Shown: positions 1-9,783 of the stretch, in pieces
Numbering within the stretch: position 1 is the stretch's first letter
How the letters are laid out: every line of letters starts with the position of its first letter
Source: a virus
Strand: one strand, 5' to 3'
IMG/VR virus record: IMGVR_UViG_3300021197_001769
Length of the DNA stretch: 64,000 nt
Notes under the pieces: generated by a model
What the model was told of the DNA's origin: nothing
The model's database searches: none
The model's input: only the letters and a program-made list of their open reading frames with translations
Program-made: the position numbers and the translations under genes

Positions 1-1122
1 TACGTTCTTATTATTGTTTAGGTTATTAAGATAGGCTTTATTAGAGTTTATATCAGCAGCTAGTTTAGATTTATCTGATCTTATATCAGTAACTTTTTCT
101 TTAACTGCGTTTATAGCTCTTACATTATCTTGTATATTACTTATAGCAGTTTCAGCAGTACCTATAATACTACTATACTTTGTCTTCTTAGCAGCATGTA
201 AACTAATTTTATTATTCTTATGCTCTTCAGTAAGAGGCTGATCACATTCAGGACATATAGAATTATTTTGATAGAAGCTTAATTTTTTATCATGACTAGT
301 TAGTTCAGTCTTAACTTTGAATAACTGGTACTCACCTTCTTTTAGTTTATTCTTTAACTTATCTTCTTCTGTAATCTCTAAGAGTAAACTTTCTATATCA
401 GAGTCTTTCTTAATAAGCTGTTCTTCCAACAACTTTATTTCGGCATTGACTCTTAACTCTTCTTCTTCAATCTTATCTACAGACTCTCTAGAACGAGCAG
501 TAATATTATCAATCAAACCATTCTGAGCAGATATTTTAGTCTTGTTTAAGTCTTTATTGTAATCAGTATCTTTTATATCTAATTCTAGATTATTATCTCT
601 CGTTTTAAGTATAGCATTCATTCTAGAAAAAACAGTTATGTCTAATATTTCTTCTATGATACCTCTACGTTCCCAGTTAGCTAAGTCCATAAACGATTGA
701 TATCTAGCTGTACCTAAAATAACAATCTGAGTAAATGACTTGTAATTTAAACCTATAATATCTTCTAGCTTTTGCTGATAGTCTCTTAAAGAAGCATCTT
801 GAGTTAAAAGATTATCCTCTTTATAGATTTCAAATATATTAGGTTTAACACCTCTAATTATTTTATATGGTATACCTTTCACTCTTAACTTAAGAGTTAC
901 TTCTAAACCTTTTTCGTTAACAGAGTTTACTAACTGAGTCTTAGATATAGCTCTATAAGGTTTATTGAATACAGCAAAACATAAAGCATCTAACATAGTA
1001 GACTTACCTGAACCATTAGGTCCAGTTATAAGTGCTGAGGGAGTTCTACTTAGAAATAATGTCTGGCCTGTATTGCCTGTAGATAGGAAATTTTTATATG
1101 TAATCTCATCAAACTGTATCAA
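1..1122 (-). CDS. gp46: Recombination endonuclease subunit gp46 (Rad50/SbcC-like), 3'-truncated by window edge
   Basis: Not in the ORF track. Manual reading from a TTG at 1122 gives xIQFDEITYKNFLSTGN, then Walker A ITGPNGSGKSTMLD and a zinc-hook ICPEC (~245-260). Overlaps the gp47 stop, as in T4-like phages. Confidence 0.93.
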   Translation of the reverse strand, partial: MIQFDEITYKNFLSTGNTGQTLFLSRTPSALITGPNGSGKSTMLDALCFAVFNKPYRAISKTQLVNSVNEKGLEVTLKLRVKGIPYKIIRGVKPNIFEIYKEDNLLTQDASLRDYQQKLEDIIGLNYKSFTQIVILGTARYQSFMDLANWERRGIIEEILDITVFSRMNAILKTRDNNLELDIKDTDYNKDLNKTKISAQNGLIDNITARSRESVDKIEEEELRVNAEIKLLEEQLIKKDSDIESLLLEITEEDKLKNKLKEGEYQLFKVKTELTSHDKKLSFYQNNSICPECDQPLTEEHKNNKISLHAAKKTKYSSIIGTAETAISNIQDNVRAINAVKEKVTDIRSDKSKLAADINSNKAYLNNLNNNKNV

Positions 1123-2158
1123 ACTCTTCCGTCCTCATCGCATCTTCATATATTTCTAACATGAGTTTCTTTATCGCTTCTTTATTATTATCAGTAGCAA
1201 CGTCATCTATATACTGACCTATAAGATCAGTAGTAGCAACCATCTTAATCATATCACCTACATTATCTTCGTTATACTCTTCAAACGATTCTATAATTTT
1301 TAGGTCGAAAGGATCATGATGATTTACTTTATCGATAAACTTTTCGAATATTTCAAAGTCAGATTTCTTCTTTATTATTAATTTAACGTACGAGTTAGTT
1401 ATAGTAGATATATCATAATCGGTCCCGTCTTCCCAATAGATTCTATGAAAGAAAGTATAAGGGTTAACTATATACTCCATACTAAGATCTGTAGTATCCA
1501 TAATCCAAAAACCGTTCTTACCTTTAGCATCATTCCATGTCATCTGATATGGAGTACCTACGTAATTAATATTTGCCTTTTCTGAATGAGTATGGTAGTG
1601 TCCAGATATAACATACTTCCAATTTTTAAAGTCAGCAGGTTTAAGTTCTGCTCTAGCTTTAGCACCAGGATGCATATCCATACCATCTATTTCATAATGA
1701 CCTACTAATACTTCACCACCATTACGTATAATATCTACTGATTCCTCTTGATTATCCTTGCATAGCCAAGGCATAAGAGTAAATGTTACTCCATCTAGCT
1801 CAAGATTTGTAGTCTTATCATAATAGACCATACCTTTTTCATGGTTAAGTAATTGACCAGGTGAGTTATTTTCTAAAGAATATCGTAAAGGTATATCATG
1901 GTTACCTATTATACCATAACAAGTCATATCTCTTTTCTGGATATGATCTACGAATATTTTTTTCTGGAAAGCCATAGTCTGTATATTAATCCACTTACGA
2001 TTATCGAAATAGTCGCCAGTTTGTATTACAGTTTTAATATTATGTTCATCTATATACGGCCAGAATACATCTTTAAAAAACTTTTCTTGCCAAAGTTGTA
2101 TGATACTATTCGAGTTACGAGAACCGAAATGTGTATCACCAAGTATCGCTATCTTCAT
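1109..2158 (-). CDS. gp47: Recombination endonuclease subunit gp47 (Mre11/SbcD-like metallophosphoesterase)
   Basis: Motifs GDTHFG, GDYFDNRK, GNHD, SGHYH and YVGTPYQMTWND; adjacent to gp46 and gp55. Confidence 0.95.
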   Translation of the reverse strand: MKIAILGDTHFGSRNSNSIIQLWQEKFFKDVFWPYIDEHNIKTVIQTGDYFDNRKWINIQTMAFQKKIFVDHIQKRDMTCYGIIGNHDIPLRYSLENNSPGQLLNHEKGMVYYDKTTNLELDGVTFTLMPWLCKDNQEESVDIIRNGGEVLVGHYEIDGMDMHPGAKARAELKPADFKNWKYVISGHYHTHSEKANINYVGTPYQMTWNDAKGKNGFWIMDTTDLSMEYIVNPYTFFHRIYWEDGTDYDISTITNSYVKLIIKKKSDFEIFEKFIDKVNHHDPFDLKIIESFEEYNEDNVGDMIKMVATTDLIGQYIDDVATDNNKEAIKKLMLEIYEDAMRTEEFDTV

Positions 2159-2784
2159 TAATTATCCTTTGGTTCTGATTCTGATAATGGTGTTCCTTTG
2201 TAAGCCTCTCTATCAGCTTTTGTATAACCTGACCTTAATCTAAAGCCAGTTGCTCTTTTAGATACATGCTTCTTACTGTCTGCTATCTCACCTAGTTTTT
2301 GATCTGCTATAGCTCTAGCACCTTCCATAGCTGCAGACTGAAACTCAGGGTCATTCATATGCTGTAGTTCAGCTTTCTGAATTAGTTTTAAATTTAATTC
2401 GTATTTCTTTTTTTCTTTTTTAATAGTTTGTATCATATGTGAGAACAATATCTGAGTCACATATGCAAATCCATTATTAAATCTACTACCATCAAACAAA
2501 TGCATATAATTTACTGCTCCTAAAATAGCATCTTGTACCATCTCTTCTCTATAAGCATAGCCTCTAAAGTTAGGTGAAAGAGAAAGTCTTGACGCCATTT
2601 TTATAACGCATTCTCCTAAATATTTGTTCATAATAGGTCTAGTTTTTCCAGAAGCAAGTTTCTCTTTACAGTCTCTTGCATACTCATCTAACGCTTTAGT
2701 AAACTCTTTATTGTTTACGTAATGTTCGTTACCAGGTTTTAGTCTTGTTCTTCTTTGTGGTGTTGGTGTTTCCATAGCTGTCAT
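2158..2784 (-). CDS. gp55: Late-transcription sigma factor gp55
   Basis: HYVNNKEF...YLGEC...SPNFRGYAYREEMVQDAI...FAYVTQI...IKKEKK; synteny with gp47/gp46. Confidence 0.93.
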   Translation of the reverse strand: MTAMETPTPQRRTRLKPGNEHYVNNKEFTKALDEYARDCKEKLASGKTRPIMNKYLGECVIKMASRLSLSPNFRGYAYREEMVQDAILGAVNYMHLFDGSRFNNGFAYVTQILFSHMIQTIKKEKKKYELNLKLIQKAELQHMNDPEFQSAAMEGARAIADQKLGEIADSKKHVSKRATGFRLRSGYTKADREAYKGTPLSESEPKDN

Positions 2785-4241
2785 AATTCTATTTTAGATA
2801 TTTTAAAATCAAACGATTCGTCCACATAAAATTTAAAGCGCTCACTTGCATGTCTTAAAGCAAAGTTTTCTCTTGATCCATGCTTAAGATCATCTACAAT
2901 ATCAAACACTGTAGCTTTTACACCATTATCAGCTTTTCTTAAAACGCGACCGATCGATTGTAGGACTTTAATTTTGGATTTACTTGGATGAGCAAATACG
3001 AGGTTGTGGAGGTTACGAATATTAATCCCCGTGCTAAATACACCAAGTGATGCAACGATGATAGTATCGTTGTTCTCAGCAAGGTATCTAACAGCTTCTC
3101 TCGAATCTTTATCTGTCTCTCCAGCAACATAATGTAAGTCCTTTTCAGTTTCGATAAGATCATATATGGCTTTTCCATGAGCTATTCTACTAAAAACTAC
3201 TAACGTATTACCAGGTAAGTCTCCTGCCATACGAGCTATAATTTTATTTCTTCTCTCATGACCAATAAGATAATCTATCTCTTCTTGATATTTATATTTG
3301 CTTAAAAGCTTTCGATCTTCTGCGCCGTATTGTAAAGTTAGAATACGAACTGATAAATCTGATATTTGATTTCTATCTATTAACTCCTTTGTAGTTATTA
3401 CTTTATGTACAGGACCAAATAAACCTTTGAGTACTAACTCATGAGTCTTTGCTTCCTGCAGTGTGCCAGTTAGACCTATTCTATCTGGACAGATCAATAA
3501 TTTACCCATGATCTTTTGTATAGATTTAGCTTGAGCATGATGAACTTCATCTACTATTACAGAACCAAATTGTGCAAACCACCCAGTTGACATTTTATGA
3601 ATTGATTGCCAAGTAGATACTACACATCTCTTATCTGTCTCTTTTTCTAAACCTCCCGTTATACCGTGAGGTGCATAACTACCTCCCGAGTAATCTTTAA
3701 AGTCACCTATCATTTGAGCTACTAAAGATATAGTAGGTACTATGATAAGTATCTTTCTATCGTGTACTTGTTCCCACCACCTACATAAACTATATGCAAT
3801 TAAACTTTTACCAGAAGCAGTAGGAGATAATAATAAAGTTCTTTGTTGCCTTATAGCTATCTTAAATGCTTCTCTTTGATAGTCTCTTATTGTTATAGGT
3901 TTCTTTTTACTTAATGGCTTAAGAAAGTCTAAGTAACCATCTAACATCTGATCTGATACTGGCTGCTCTCTTCCTGGAAAGTCAAACTTAGTACCTTCAA
4001 ACTCAACTTCAACATCTAAGTCTTTACTAAACTTAATTATCTCTTGCCATAGTCCACCATATAAAGTAAAGTTACGTAAGTTAACTAAACGTATTTTACC
4101 ATCCCAGAACTTATTTCTATATTGTGGTGAGAACTCTGCACCTGGAACTTTGAATGTAAAGTAATCTGATAGCTGTTGCAGTTCATGTCTGTCGCCATCG
4201 AAAGTAAGATGAACGTCATCTTTCTTTTTAAATACTATCAT
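2781..4241 (-). CDS. uvsW: SF2 DNA helicase UvsW
   Basis: WDGKIRL, SPTASGKS, DEVH, GLTGT, STGINI and QSIGRVLR helicase motifs. Confidence 0.95.
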   Translation of the reverse strand: MIVFKKKDDVHLTFDGDRHELQQLSDYFTFKVPGAEFSPQYRNKFWDGKIRLVNLRNFTLYGGLWQEIIKFSKDLDVEVEFEGTKFDFPGREQPVSDQMLDGYLDFLKPLSKKKPITIRDYQREAFKIAIRQQRTLLLSPTASGKSLIAYSLCRWWEQVHDRKILIIVPTISLVAQMIGDFKDYSGGSYAPHGITGGLEKETDKRCVVSTWQSIHKMSTGWFAQFGSVIVDEVHHAQAKSIQKIMGKLLICPDRIGLTGTLQEAKTHELVLKGLFGPVHKVITTKELIDRNQISDLSVRILTLQYGAEDRKLLSKYKYQEEIDYLIGHERRNKIIARMAGDLPGNTLVVFSRIAHGKAIYDLIETEKDLHYVAGETDKDSREAVRYLAENNDTIIVASLGVFSTGINIRNLHNLVFAHPSKSKIKVLQSIGRVLRKADNGVKATVFDIVDDLKHGSRENFALRHASERFKFYVDESFDFKISKIEL

Positions 4242-4672
4242 AGCTCACCAGATGTAAACTTAATCCAATCTATCGCAGATCGTATAGACTGATTACGCCA
4301 CTTTATCTGATCTAAGATATGCTGTACACCTTCTAGAAGTACATCCATATATTCTATTTTCTTTAACAATCCTACTACCTCAGGGTCAGTATTTACATGC
4401 TTCTCAATACCAGACTTAGTCTTAAGTTTAAGATCGAAAGGCTTCTCTTTATAAGTATCTGAAGTTGCTTGACCTGTATAATATAATTCTTTATCTTTTC
4501 TTATTGCTTCTAGCTTATGATTGAATGCAATCTTTTTAGCTCTTAGGTCAAGATATATTTTTAGATATTTATGATGTAATTTAGGCACAGATGCAGCAGT
4601 AGTGTCGAGATTATTTTTATCAATCTCAGCATCTTTTTCCCATAAATCTAGTAACTGTTCATGCGTTATCAT
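4238..4672 (-). CDS. uvsY: Recombination mediator UvsY
   Basis: WEKDAEID...PKLHHKYL...PFDLKL...RNQSIRSAIDWIKFTSG; directly upstream of uvsW. Confidence 0.9.
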   Translation of the reverse strand: MITHEQLLDLWEKDAEIDKNNLDTTAASVPKLHHKYLKIYLDLRAKKIAFNHKLEAIRKDKELYYTGQATSDTYKEKPFDLKLKTKSGIEKHVNTDPEVVGLLKKIEYMDVLLEGVQHILDQIKWRNQSIRSAIDWIKFTSGEL

Positions 4673-4679
4673 ATAAATA
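4672..4679 (+). promoter_or_regulatory. T4-type late promoter TATAAATA facing phoH
   Basis: Exact TATAAATA at the edge of the intergenic gap upstream of phoH; gp55 is encoded in the window. Confidence 0.55.
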
Positions 4680-4722
4680 TTATAGTATGAATATTAAAAA
4701 AGTTATCATACATTTCAACAAT

Positions 4723-4756
4723 AAGCTCAACCTGGGATCAGGTCTGAGCTTTTTTT
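4723..4756 (+). terminator. Intrinsic-terminator-like hairpin in the phoH leader
   Basis: AAGCTCA-ACCTG-GGAT-CAGGT-C-TGAGCTT running into a T-tract. Confidence 0.55.
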
Positions 4757-4780
4757 CATTTATAAGACGGAGAAGTACGA

Positions 4781-5473
4781 ATGGGCAGAGCCAAGACACG
4801 CAAAAAGGATTCCTTTATGATTGATATTAAAAGCGCGGCATCCTTCCATATTCAACCAAAAAATCCTACTCAACAATACTTATTAGATTGTATCGAACAA
4901 AGTTCTATAACAGCTGTTATTGGACCTGCAGGTACAGGAAAGACATATTGTTCGGGTATGAAAGTAAGTCAACTATTCTTAAAAGGAGGTTATGATAAGA
5001 TAGTACTCTCACGAGCTAACGTACCAACGGGACGCTCTCTAGGTTTCTTTCCTGGGTCAATTAAAGATAAACTAGCGCCATGGTTAGCACCTCTAACTAA
5101 TGTGCTTAGACAAGGTTTAGGTTCCGGTCGTTACGACTTTATGGAAACTAAAAACGAAATAGAAGTACAACCTATTGAGACTATAAGAGGAAGATCATTT
5201 GAAAACTCTTTAGTGTTAGTAGATGAAGCTCAAAATTTAACAATAGAAGAAATTAAAGCTGTAACAACTAGATTAGGAGAAGGAAGTAAGTTAATTTTAC
5301 TAGGTGACCCTGCTCAATCTGATGTAGCTAACGGTGACGGTTTAGTTGATTTTGTTGAGATGTGTCAAAAATATAATATCGATATTCCAATAATTAAATT
5401 TGGTTTAAAAGACATTGTAAGATCAGATATTGTAGCACAACTAGTCAAAATGTTTTATAAGGAAAATTTATAA
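4781..5473 (+). CDS. phoH: PhoH-family ATPase
   Basis: GPAGTGKT, LGFFPG, RGRSF, DEAQN, LLGDPAQSD and DIVRS motifs. Confidence 0.95.
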   Translation: MGRAKTRKKDSFMIDIKSAASFHIQPKNPTQQYLLDCIEQSSITAVIGPAGTGKTYCSGMKVSQLFLKGGYDKIVLSRANVPTGRSLGFFPGSIKDKLAPWLAPLTNVLRQGLGSGRYDFMETKNEIEVQPIETIRGRSFENSLVLVDEAQNLTIEEIKAVTTRLGEGSKLILLGDPAQSDVANGDGLVDFVEMCQKYNIDIPIIKFGLKDIVRSDIVAQLVKMFYKENL

Positions 5474-5478
5474 AAAAA

Positions 5479-5514
5479 AGTTGAGAGGAGGGAACCTTTT
5501 CCTTCCTTTCGACT
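5479..5514 (+). terminator. 16-bp RNA hairpin between convergent phoH and hydroxylase genes
   Basis: AGTTGAGAGGAGGGAA-CCTT-TTCCTTCCTTTCGACT pairs fully on the + strand with three G-U pairs. The preceding A-run would be a U-tail for the minus strand. Confidence 0.55.
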
Positions 5515-5542
5515 ATCACTTAAAGGTAACTGTTAAGGAATC

Positions 5543-6313
5543 TTAAGCCCCGCCGACCACGTGGTAGGGGTCACTACCGATAAGTATACGATCAGGGTAG
5601 TCTCTTAAACCATTAACGTATCCTCTCCAATACATAGCATTAATTGTCTCTTGAAACAATTCAGACTGTTCTATTTTACCAATAGAAAAGTTACCATCTG
5701 TATCCCATACATCACATACAAAGTGCCATCTATCAGTATTGTTATTATTAGCTACATAATGGCGAGGGTGAACATTACACATATAAGCTGTTCCTTCTTC
5801 TAACTTATATGACTTATCATTGTATACAAAGTCAGTTCCATCTGTATGAATAGGTATATGGAACTTAAAGCCTCTTCCATCTGAATGTTCTTTTATCATC
5901 TCTCCTGGACCTAGATATGATAATCTACATCTACGAGGGTTCATATTTTTACTAATTAGCATGTCGACAATTTCTTTAAAGTAACCTGTACATGCTGAGG
6001 TAGGTTTATCAAAGTCTAACATATGATAAACTTTATTTTCTCTACACCAATTAAGATCAAATACTACATCCGGAAGCATTAATTTTTCTCCGTTGTAGTT
6101 CCACTCTCTATAATTTTGATTCTTTCTATCATATTGTATTTCTATATGATAACCAAAACCGCTTACAGAAGTACCATCAGATGATGTAACTGATACACCA
6201 TGCAAACCACCTTCTCTATTTTTATGAATATTATGTTCTAGTAGAACTCGTTTTAACTCTGACTTTAGTCTAGGTAAATCGAATTTCCATCCATTAGTGA
6301 CAACAAATGACAT
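5543..6313 (-). CDS. Aspartyl/asparaginyl beta-hydroxylase-like 2OG-Fe(II) oxygenase
   Basis: RCRLSYLGPG..EHSD..FHIPIHT...NVHPRHYVAN..RWH cupin signature. Start moved to the ATG at 6313, just after the iscA stop. Confidence 0.75.
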   Translation of the reverse strand: MSFVVTNGWKFDLPRLKSELKRVLLEHNIHKNREGGLHGVSVTSSDGTSVSGFGYHIEIQYDRKNQNYREWNYNGEKLMLPDVVFDLNWCRENKVYHMLDFDKPTSACTGYFKEIVDMLISKNMNPRRCRLSYLGPGEMIKEHSDGRGFKFHIPIHTDGTDFVYNDKSYKLEEGTAYMCNVHPRHYVANNNNTDRWHFVCDVWDTDGNFSIGKIEQSELFQETINAMYWRGYVNGLRDYPDRILIGSDPYHVVGGA

Positions 6314-6315
6314 CT

Positions 6316-6621
6316 CTATACTGCAAAACTTTCTCCGCATCCACATTGCGCTTTAGCGTTTGGATTAATAACTTTAAGATAAGAACCTCCAAACTCTTGT
6401 ACATAATCAACTGTGCATCCTATAACGAACATTTCTGCTACTTTATCTACAACAAGTATGTCTTCTATTACTTGTCCCTTTTCATTAGTATCAGTCATGT
6501 CCCATTCGTATTGAAAGCCAGAGCAACCGCCTCCTAGTACACCTAGGTAAGCATATTTTTTATTATTCTTTTTTGTTAGTGAGCCCATATATTCACGAGC
6601 TGATTCTGTTAACTTTACCAT
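6316..6621 (-). CDS. iscA: Fe-S cluster carrier, IscA/SufA/HesB family
   Basis: LTESA...GGGCSGFQY...VDY...NPNAKAQCGCGESF; likely start MVKLTE at 6621. Confidence 0.92.
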   Translation of the reverse strand: MVKLTESAREYMGSLTKKNNKKYAYLGVLGGGCSGFQYEWDMTDTNEKGQVIEDILVVDKVAEMFVIGCTVDYVQEFGGSYLKVINPNAKAQCGCGESFAV

Positions 6622-6869
6622 TATAAAACCTTTTGTGCAATCATAGTTAAAATTGAAGCTTGAGCTATAATAAGTACAGCTAGTCCCCATACTTTTATAT
6701 CGAATTTTTTAATTGCGGATTTGTGATCTTCTAATAATTCTTCTATTCTCTGATAACGAAGTGTACATTCAGCTTCATGTACTGCTAGCTGCTTAATAAG
6801 TTGATTAATATTAAGTTTAGGCTTAATAGTTTGCTCTTGTTTTACAGTTGGCTTCTGTTCTAACTTCAT
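6621..6869 (-). CDS. Hypothetical protein, coiled coil plus C-terminal TM helix
   Basis: HEAECTLRY motif and hydrophobic C-terminus; translationally coupled to neighbours. Confidence 0.6.
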   Translation of the reverse strand: MKLEQKPTVKQEQTIKPKLNINQLIKQLAVHEAECTLRYQRIEELLEDHKSAIKKFDIKVWGLAVLIIAQASILTMIAQKVL

Positions 6870-7075
6870 TTATTTTTAGCTTTCTTTTTTCCGGCTTTCA
6901 TATTAGCCATCCAATGAGCAAGTTGACCTTTTCGTCCTCCTTGCTTTGCTACTTTTCTTAAATTAGATACAGATGATTTAGTAGGTACTCCATGTCGTTT
7001 AGAGTCTCCTTTATCCTGAGGATTCTTTCCGTCTTTAAAATTTTCTTTGAATTGACTAAAGCTTAGCAGTTCCAT
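6866..7075 (-). CDS. Small basic protein, probable internal head protein
   Basis: N-terminal LSFSQFKE leader, then a K/R-rich body. Confidence 0.5.
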   Translation of the reverse strand: MELLSFSQFKENFKDGKNPQDKGDSKRHGVPTKSSVSNLRKVAKQGGRKGQLAHWMANMKAGKKKAKNK

Positions 7076-8316
7076 CTAGCTCTAGCTGCCTTTCCTCTTT
7101 CACCAGTCCAACCTGATGAACGAGCACAAAAACTTTTTCTTCTTCCTGCTGCTTTACTTCCTGCTTTTAACTTACTCGGAGGAGTTGTTACAGCTGTTTT
7201 TAAATCACCACCTGTACGTCTATTATACTTAGCAACACCTTGAGCTGTCATCCCAGCTCCACTATCTGTACTTCTTTTATCACCTGATTTTTGTGACATA
7301 CCTGACATATCTTCTTTAGTCATTTTATCTACAGCACGATCAATACCTGTTCTTCTATTTCTTATCTTAGCATGATTCTTAGCTGTACGATGGCCAGGTT
7401 GCTCATCTGTTATTCCTGCTGCGAATGAACGATCGTCAACATTTTTAACAGCTTTCTTTACATACTTACCCATAGTGTCTTTTGATAATTCAGATAATTT
7501 ATTTACATAATTATCCATATGTTCATTTTGTTTTCTAAGAACTGCTGCAACTTGAGGATGCTTATGAATGTCTTTTGATAACTTATTCATAGCATTAACA
7601 GCACCAGTCATATTACCTTGTTTATATCGAGGATCAGAAGCAATACCAATTGCTTGTTTAACATGTTTAGGATCATGCTCTTCTCCAACTGATTCTTTGC
7701 TTGGATGGTTCTTTAAATTTACAATAGTTTTTCTTTGCTTATCTAAAGGATCAGATGCTAACTTCGCGCCGCCTGGACCATCTGAAGCCGGGTCACCCTT
7801 TTTTAGCTGACCTGCTTTTGTAAAATATGTTCCTGCAGGTGCTTCTTTTGTTTCACCCATTTTTTTATTTGAAAAGTCTCCAGTCTTTCTTCGAGCTTTA
7901 ATTTTATCTTGAATTGTTAATTCTTCTGGCGGGCGTTTCTTTACTTTAAATGTTCTTTTCGGAGCTGCTTTTTTAGCAAAACCAAACAATTCGCTAATTC
8001 GATCAGCAACAGCATCAGGGGTTTCATAATGGTCTTTTATTGTACTATGAAAATGATCATGAGACTTTGCAGCTGTAGCTTGCAATTTTCTTTTTTCATG
8101 AGAGGTTTTCATACCTTGATGTTTTGATAAAAATTTAGAAGCATGAGCTCTAGACACTTGATGTGTTTTACCGTCATTAAATTTAACATGCTTTTGTCCG
8201 TTCATTGTAACAGACTTTCTAAGCTGCATTACAATATGTTGACCTTGATCTGCTTCATGTTCATCTTCAGCGGAAGGTTTTCTAATTTCATCTAAATAAT
8301 CTGTAAAACTTTTCAT
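7063..8316 (-). CDS. Modular basic protein, probable internal head (poly)protein
   Basis: MKSFTDYLDE leader; basic modules separated by xxE sites; C-terminal RRKSFCAR...RWNC module; late-promoter variant upstream. Confidence 0.55.
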   Translation of the reverse strand: MKSFTDYLDEIRKPSAEDEHEADQGQHIVMQLRKSVTMNGQKHVKFNDGKTHQVSRAHASKFLSKHQGMKTSHEKRKLQATAAKSHDHFHSTIKDHYETPDAVADRISELFGFAKKAAPKRTFKVKKRPPEELTIQDKIKARRKTGDFSNKKMGETKEAPAGTYFTKAGQLKKGDPASDGPGGAKLASDPLDKQRKTIVNLKNHPSKESVGEEHDPKHVKQAIGIASDPRYKQGNMTGAVNAMNKLSKDIHKHPQVAAVLRKQNEHMDNYVNKLSELSKDTMGKYVKKAVKNVDDRSFAAGITDEQPGHRTAKNHAKIRNRRTGIDRAVDKMTKEDMSGMSQKSGDKRSTDSGAGMTAQGVAKYNRRTGGDLKTAVTTPPSKLKAGSKAAGRRKSFCARSSGWTGERGKAARARWNC

Positions 8317-8336
8317 TTTAATACTCCTGATTATAT

Positions 8337-8344
8337 TATTTATT
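8337..8344 (-). promoter_or_regulatory. Late promoter variant AATAAATA
   Basis: Lies upstream of the AGGAG RBS and start of 7063..8316. Confidence 0.5.
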
Positions 8345-8924
8345 ATATTGAATCATTGTTAGCTTTGCCATCAGTGTATGTTTCGTGTTCGAAATACATG
8401 TATCTAAATGTCATTGTACAAGTTAATGGTTCCACGTCTATAGAACTAGAATTATATTGTGGACCTTCTAATGATATAGGAAAAGCATTTTTAAACTTCC
8501 AAGCTACAATAGGTCTGTTACCTGCATCAGTACCAAACAACTCTATGTTAGTCATTGTTTTACTAAATTCTGGACCTGAGCCTCTAATTCTTTTTGAATA
8601 CTCTGTAAATTGATCACTACTTTCCGGAACGTTAATTGCTTTCATCCATAATAAAAATTCTCTATAAGCTGTAAAATTTTTATCAATAACAACTGTTGCA
8701 TCTAAGCTTCCATAATCTATACCGTCTCCGGGTACGTACATTCTAGTAGGATTTAATGAGTTAGGTAATACAGATTCACCACCATTTATTGTTGGTATTG
8801 TAAACGACTGAACTGTAAATACAACCTTAGGTAATCTTTCACATGTCAAAAAATAATTTTGAGGTGGAGTAAAGCTTAACTCTACTTGTCTATTTGTAAT
8901 AACGTCTGTAAAATTAGTTGCCAT
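8343..8924 (-). CDS. gp3: Tail tube terminator / tail completion protein gp3
   Basis: LPKVVFTVQSFTIP...VPGDGIDYGSL...FKNAFPISLEG...MTFRY; position downstream of gp23. Confidence 0.85.
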   Translation of the reverse strand: MATNFTDVITNRQVELSFTPPQNYFLTCERLPKVVFTVQSFTIPTINGGESVLPNSLNPTRMYVPGDGIDYGSLDATVVIDKNFTAYREFLLWMKAINVPESSDQFTEYSKRIRGSGPEFSKTMTNIELFGTDAGNRPIVAWKFKNAFPISLEGPQYNSSSIDVEPLTCTMTFRYMYFEHETYTDGKANNDSI

Positions 8925-9717
8925 TTATTACCTCTGTTTTAAATTTAATTAATAAACCCATTTTATTATTCCAAGTTAACGATTTTAAATAATTGTAATC
9001 GTCTTTAAATTCTTTTCTTTTATTTAAACTACTGCAATGTACTTGTATAGCATCTAACTCTATTATACTTCCAGGTATCCAATCAAATACGTTTTCAATA
9101 GTTAAACCTTCTAGTCTTTCATAATCTAAATGGTAAAGATAATTATCATAAAAGTTTTGATCAAAAGGTTTTAAATTTTTTTCTTTTTTTATTTCTTTAC
9201 CGTTGTTATGATAAAATTGCAAATCACTATAATCTGTATAACCTTTATATTGTGAACCAGTTTTATTATAATCGCCTTTGTAACCTTTAACAAAATCAGC
9301 TGAATAATCTATTAATCTTTGATTAAATAATACCATCTTACCTGCTGAGTTTCTATAATTATCTTTATGCTTACCAATCCATAAAGGAATAACTACGTTT
9401 CTATATACGGTATTATTTTTATCATCGATAAAATCTATCTCTTTAAAACTGTCTGTATGTATACCATAAGGGGAAGTAGTTATAAAGAAGTTGCCACCTA
9501 AGAACTCTCCACTTATACTTAATTTCTTTTTAATTAATTCATAAGCTTCTTTAACAGACTGTCCTTGAATAAAGACATTACCATAACGATTATACCTAGC
9601 ACCTCCATACTTAAAAGCTAAATCAAACAAAGTGTTTAATTCATACTCTGAAAAAACTTTAGTGTGACATTTTGCCGGAGCAACATTCTGTAAAAGTGTT
9701 CGCTTATCTAATATCAT
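8914..9717 (-). CDS. Hypothetical protein, probable 2OG-Fe(II) oxygenase fold
   Basis: YGIHTD...VVIPL...WIPGSIIELDAIQVHCS (HxD...H). Start set at ATG 9717 because a late promoter covers the GTG start region. Confidence 0.55.
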   Translation of the reverse strand: MILDKRTLLQNVAPAKCHTKVFSEYELNTLFDLAFKYGGARYNRYGNVFIQGQSVKEAYELIKKKLSISGEFLGGNFFITTSPYGIHTDSFKEIDFIDDKNNTVYRNVVIPLWIGKHKDNYRNSAGKMVLFNQRLIDYSADFVKGYKGDYNKTGSQYKGYTDYSDLQFYHNNGKEIKKEKNLKPFDQNFYDNYLYHLDYERLEGLTIENVFDWIPGSIIELDAIQVHCSSLNKRKEFKDDYNYLKSLTWNNKMGLLIKFKTEVINGN

Positions 9718-9724
9718 TACATTA

Positions 9725-9732
9725 TATTTATA
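9725..9732 (-). promoter_or_regulatory. T4-type late promoter TATAAATA
   Basis: Exact match immediately after the gp23 terminator, 7 nt upstream of the ATG. Confidence 0.7.
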
Positions 9733-9735
9733 CAC

Positions 9736-9764
9736 AAAAAAAGGGAGACCGAAGCCTCCCTTTT
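9736..9764 (-). terminator. Rho-independent terminator after gp23
   Basis: Minus strand reads GGGAGGC-TTCG-GTCTCCC-TTTTTTT; cUUCGg tetraloop typical of T4-like phages. Confidence 0.9.
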
Positions 9765-9783
9765 GCGTTTTTCGTATAAGCTA

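Noticed and set aside
5464-5514. -1 frameshift-like signal (A AAT TTA plus hairpin) at the end of phoH
   Set aside because: The -1 frame stops after about four codons (ATA AAA AAA AGT TGA), and such heptamers are common in AT-rich DNA.
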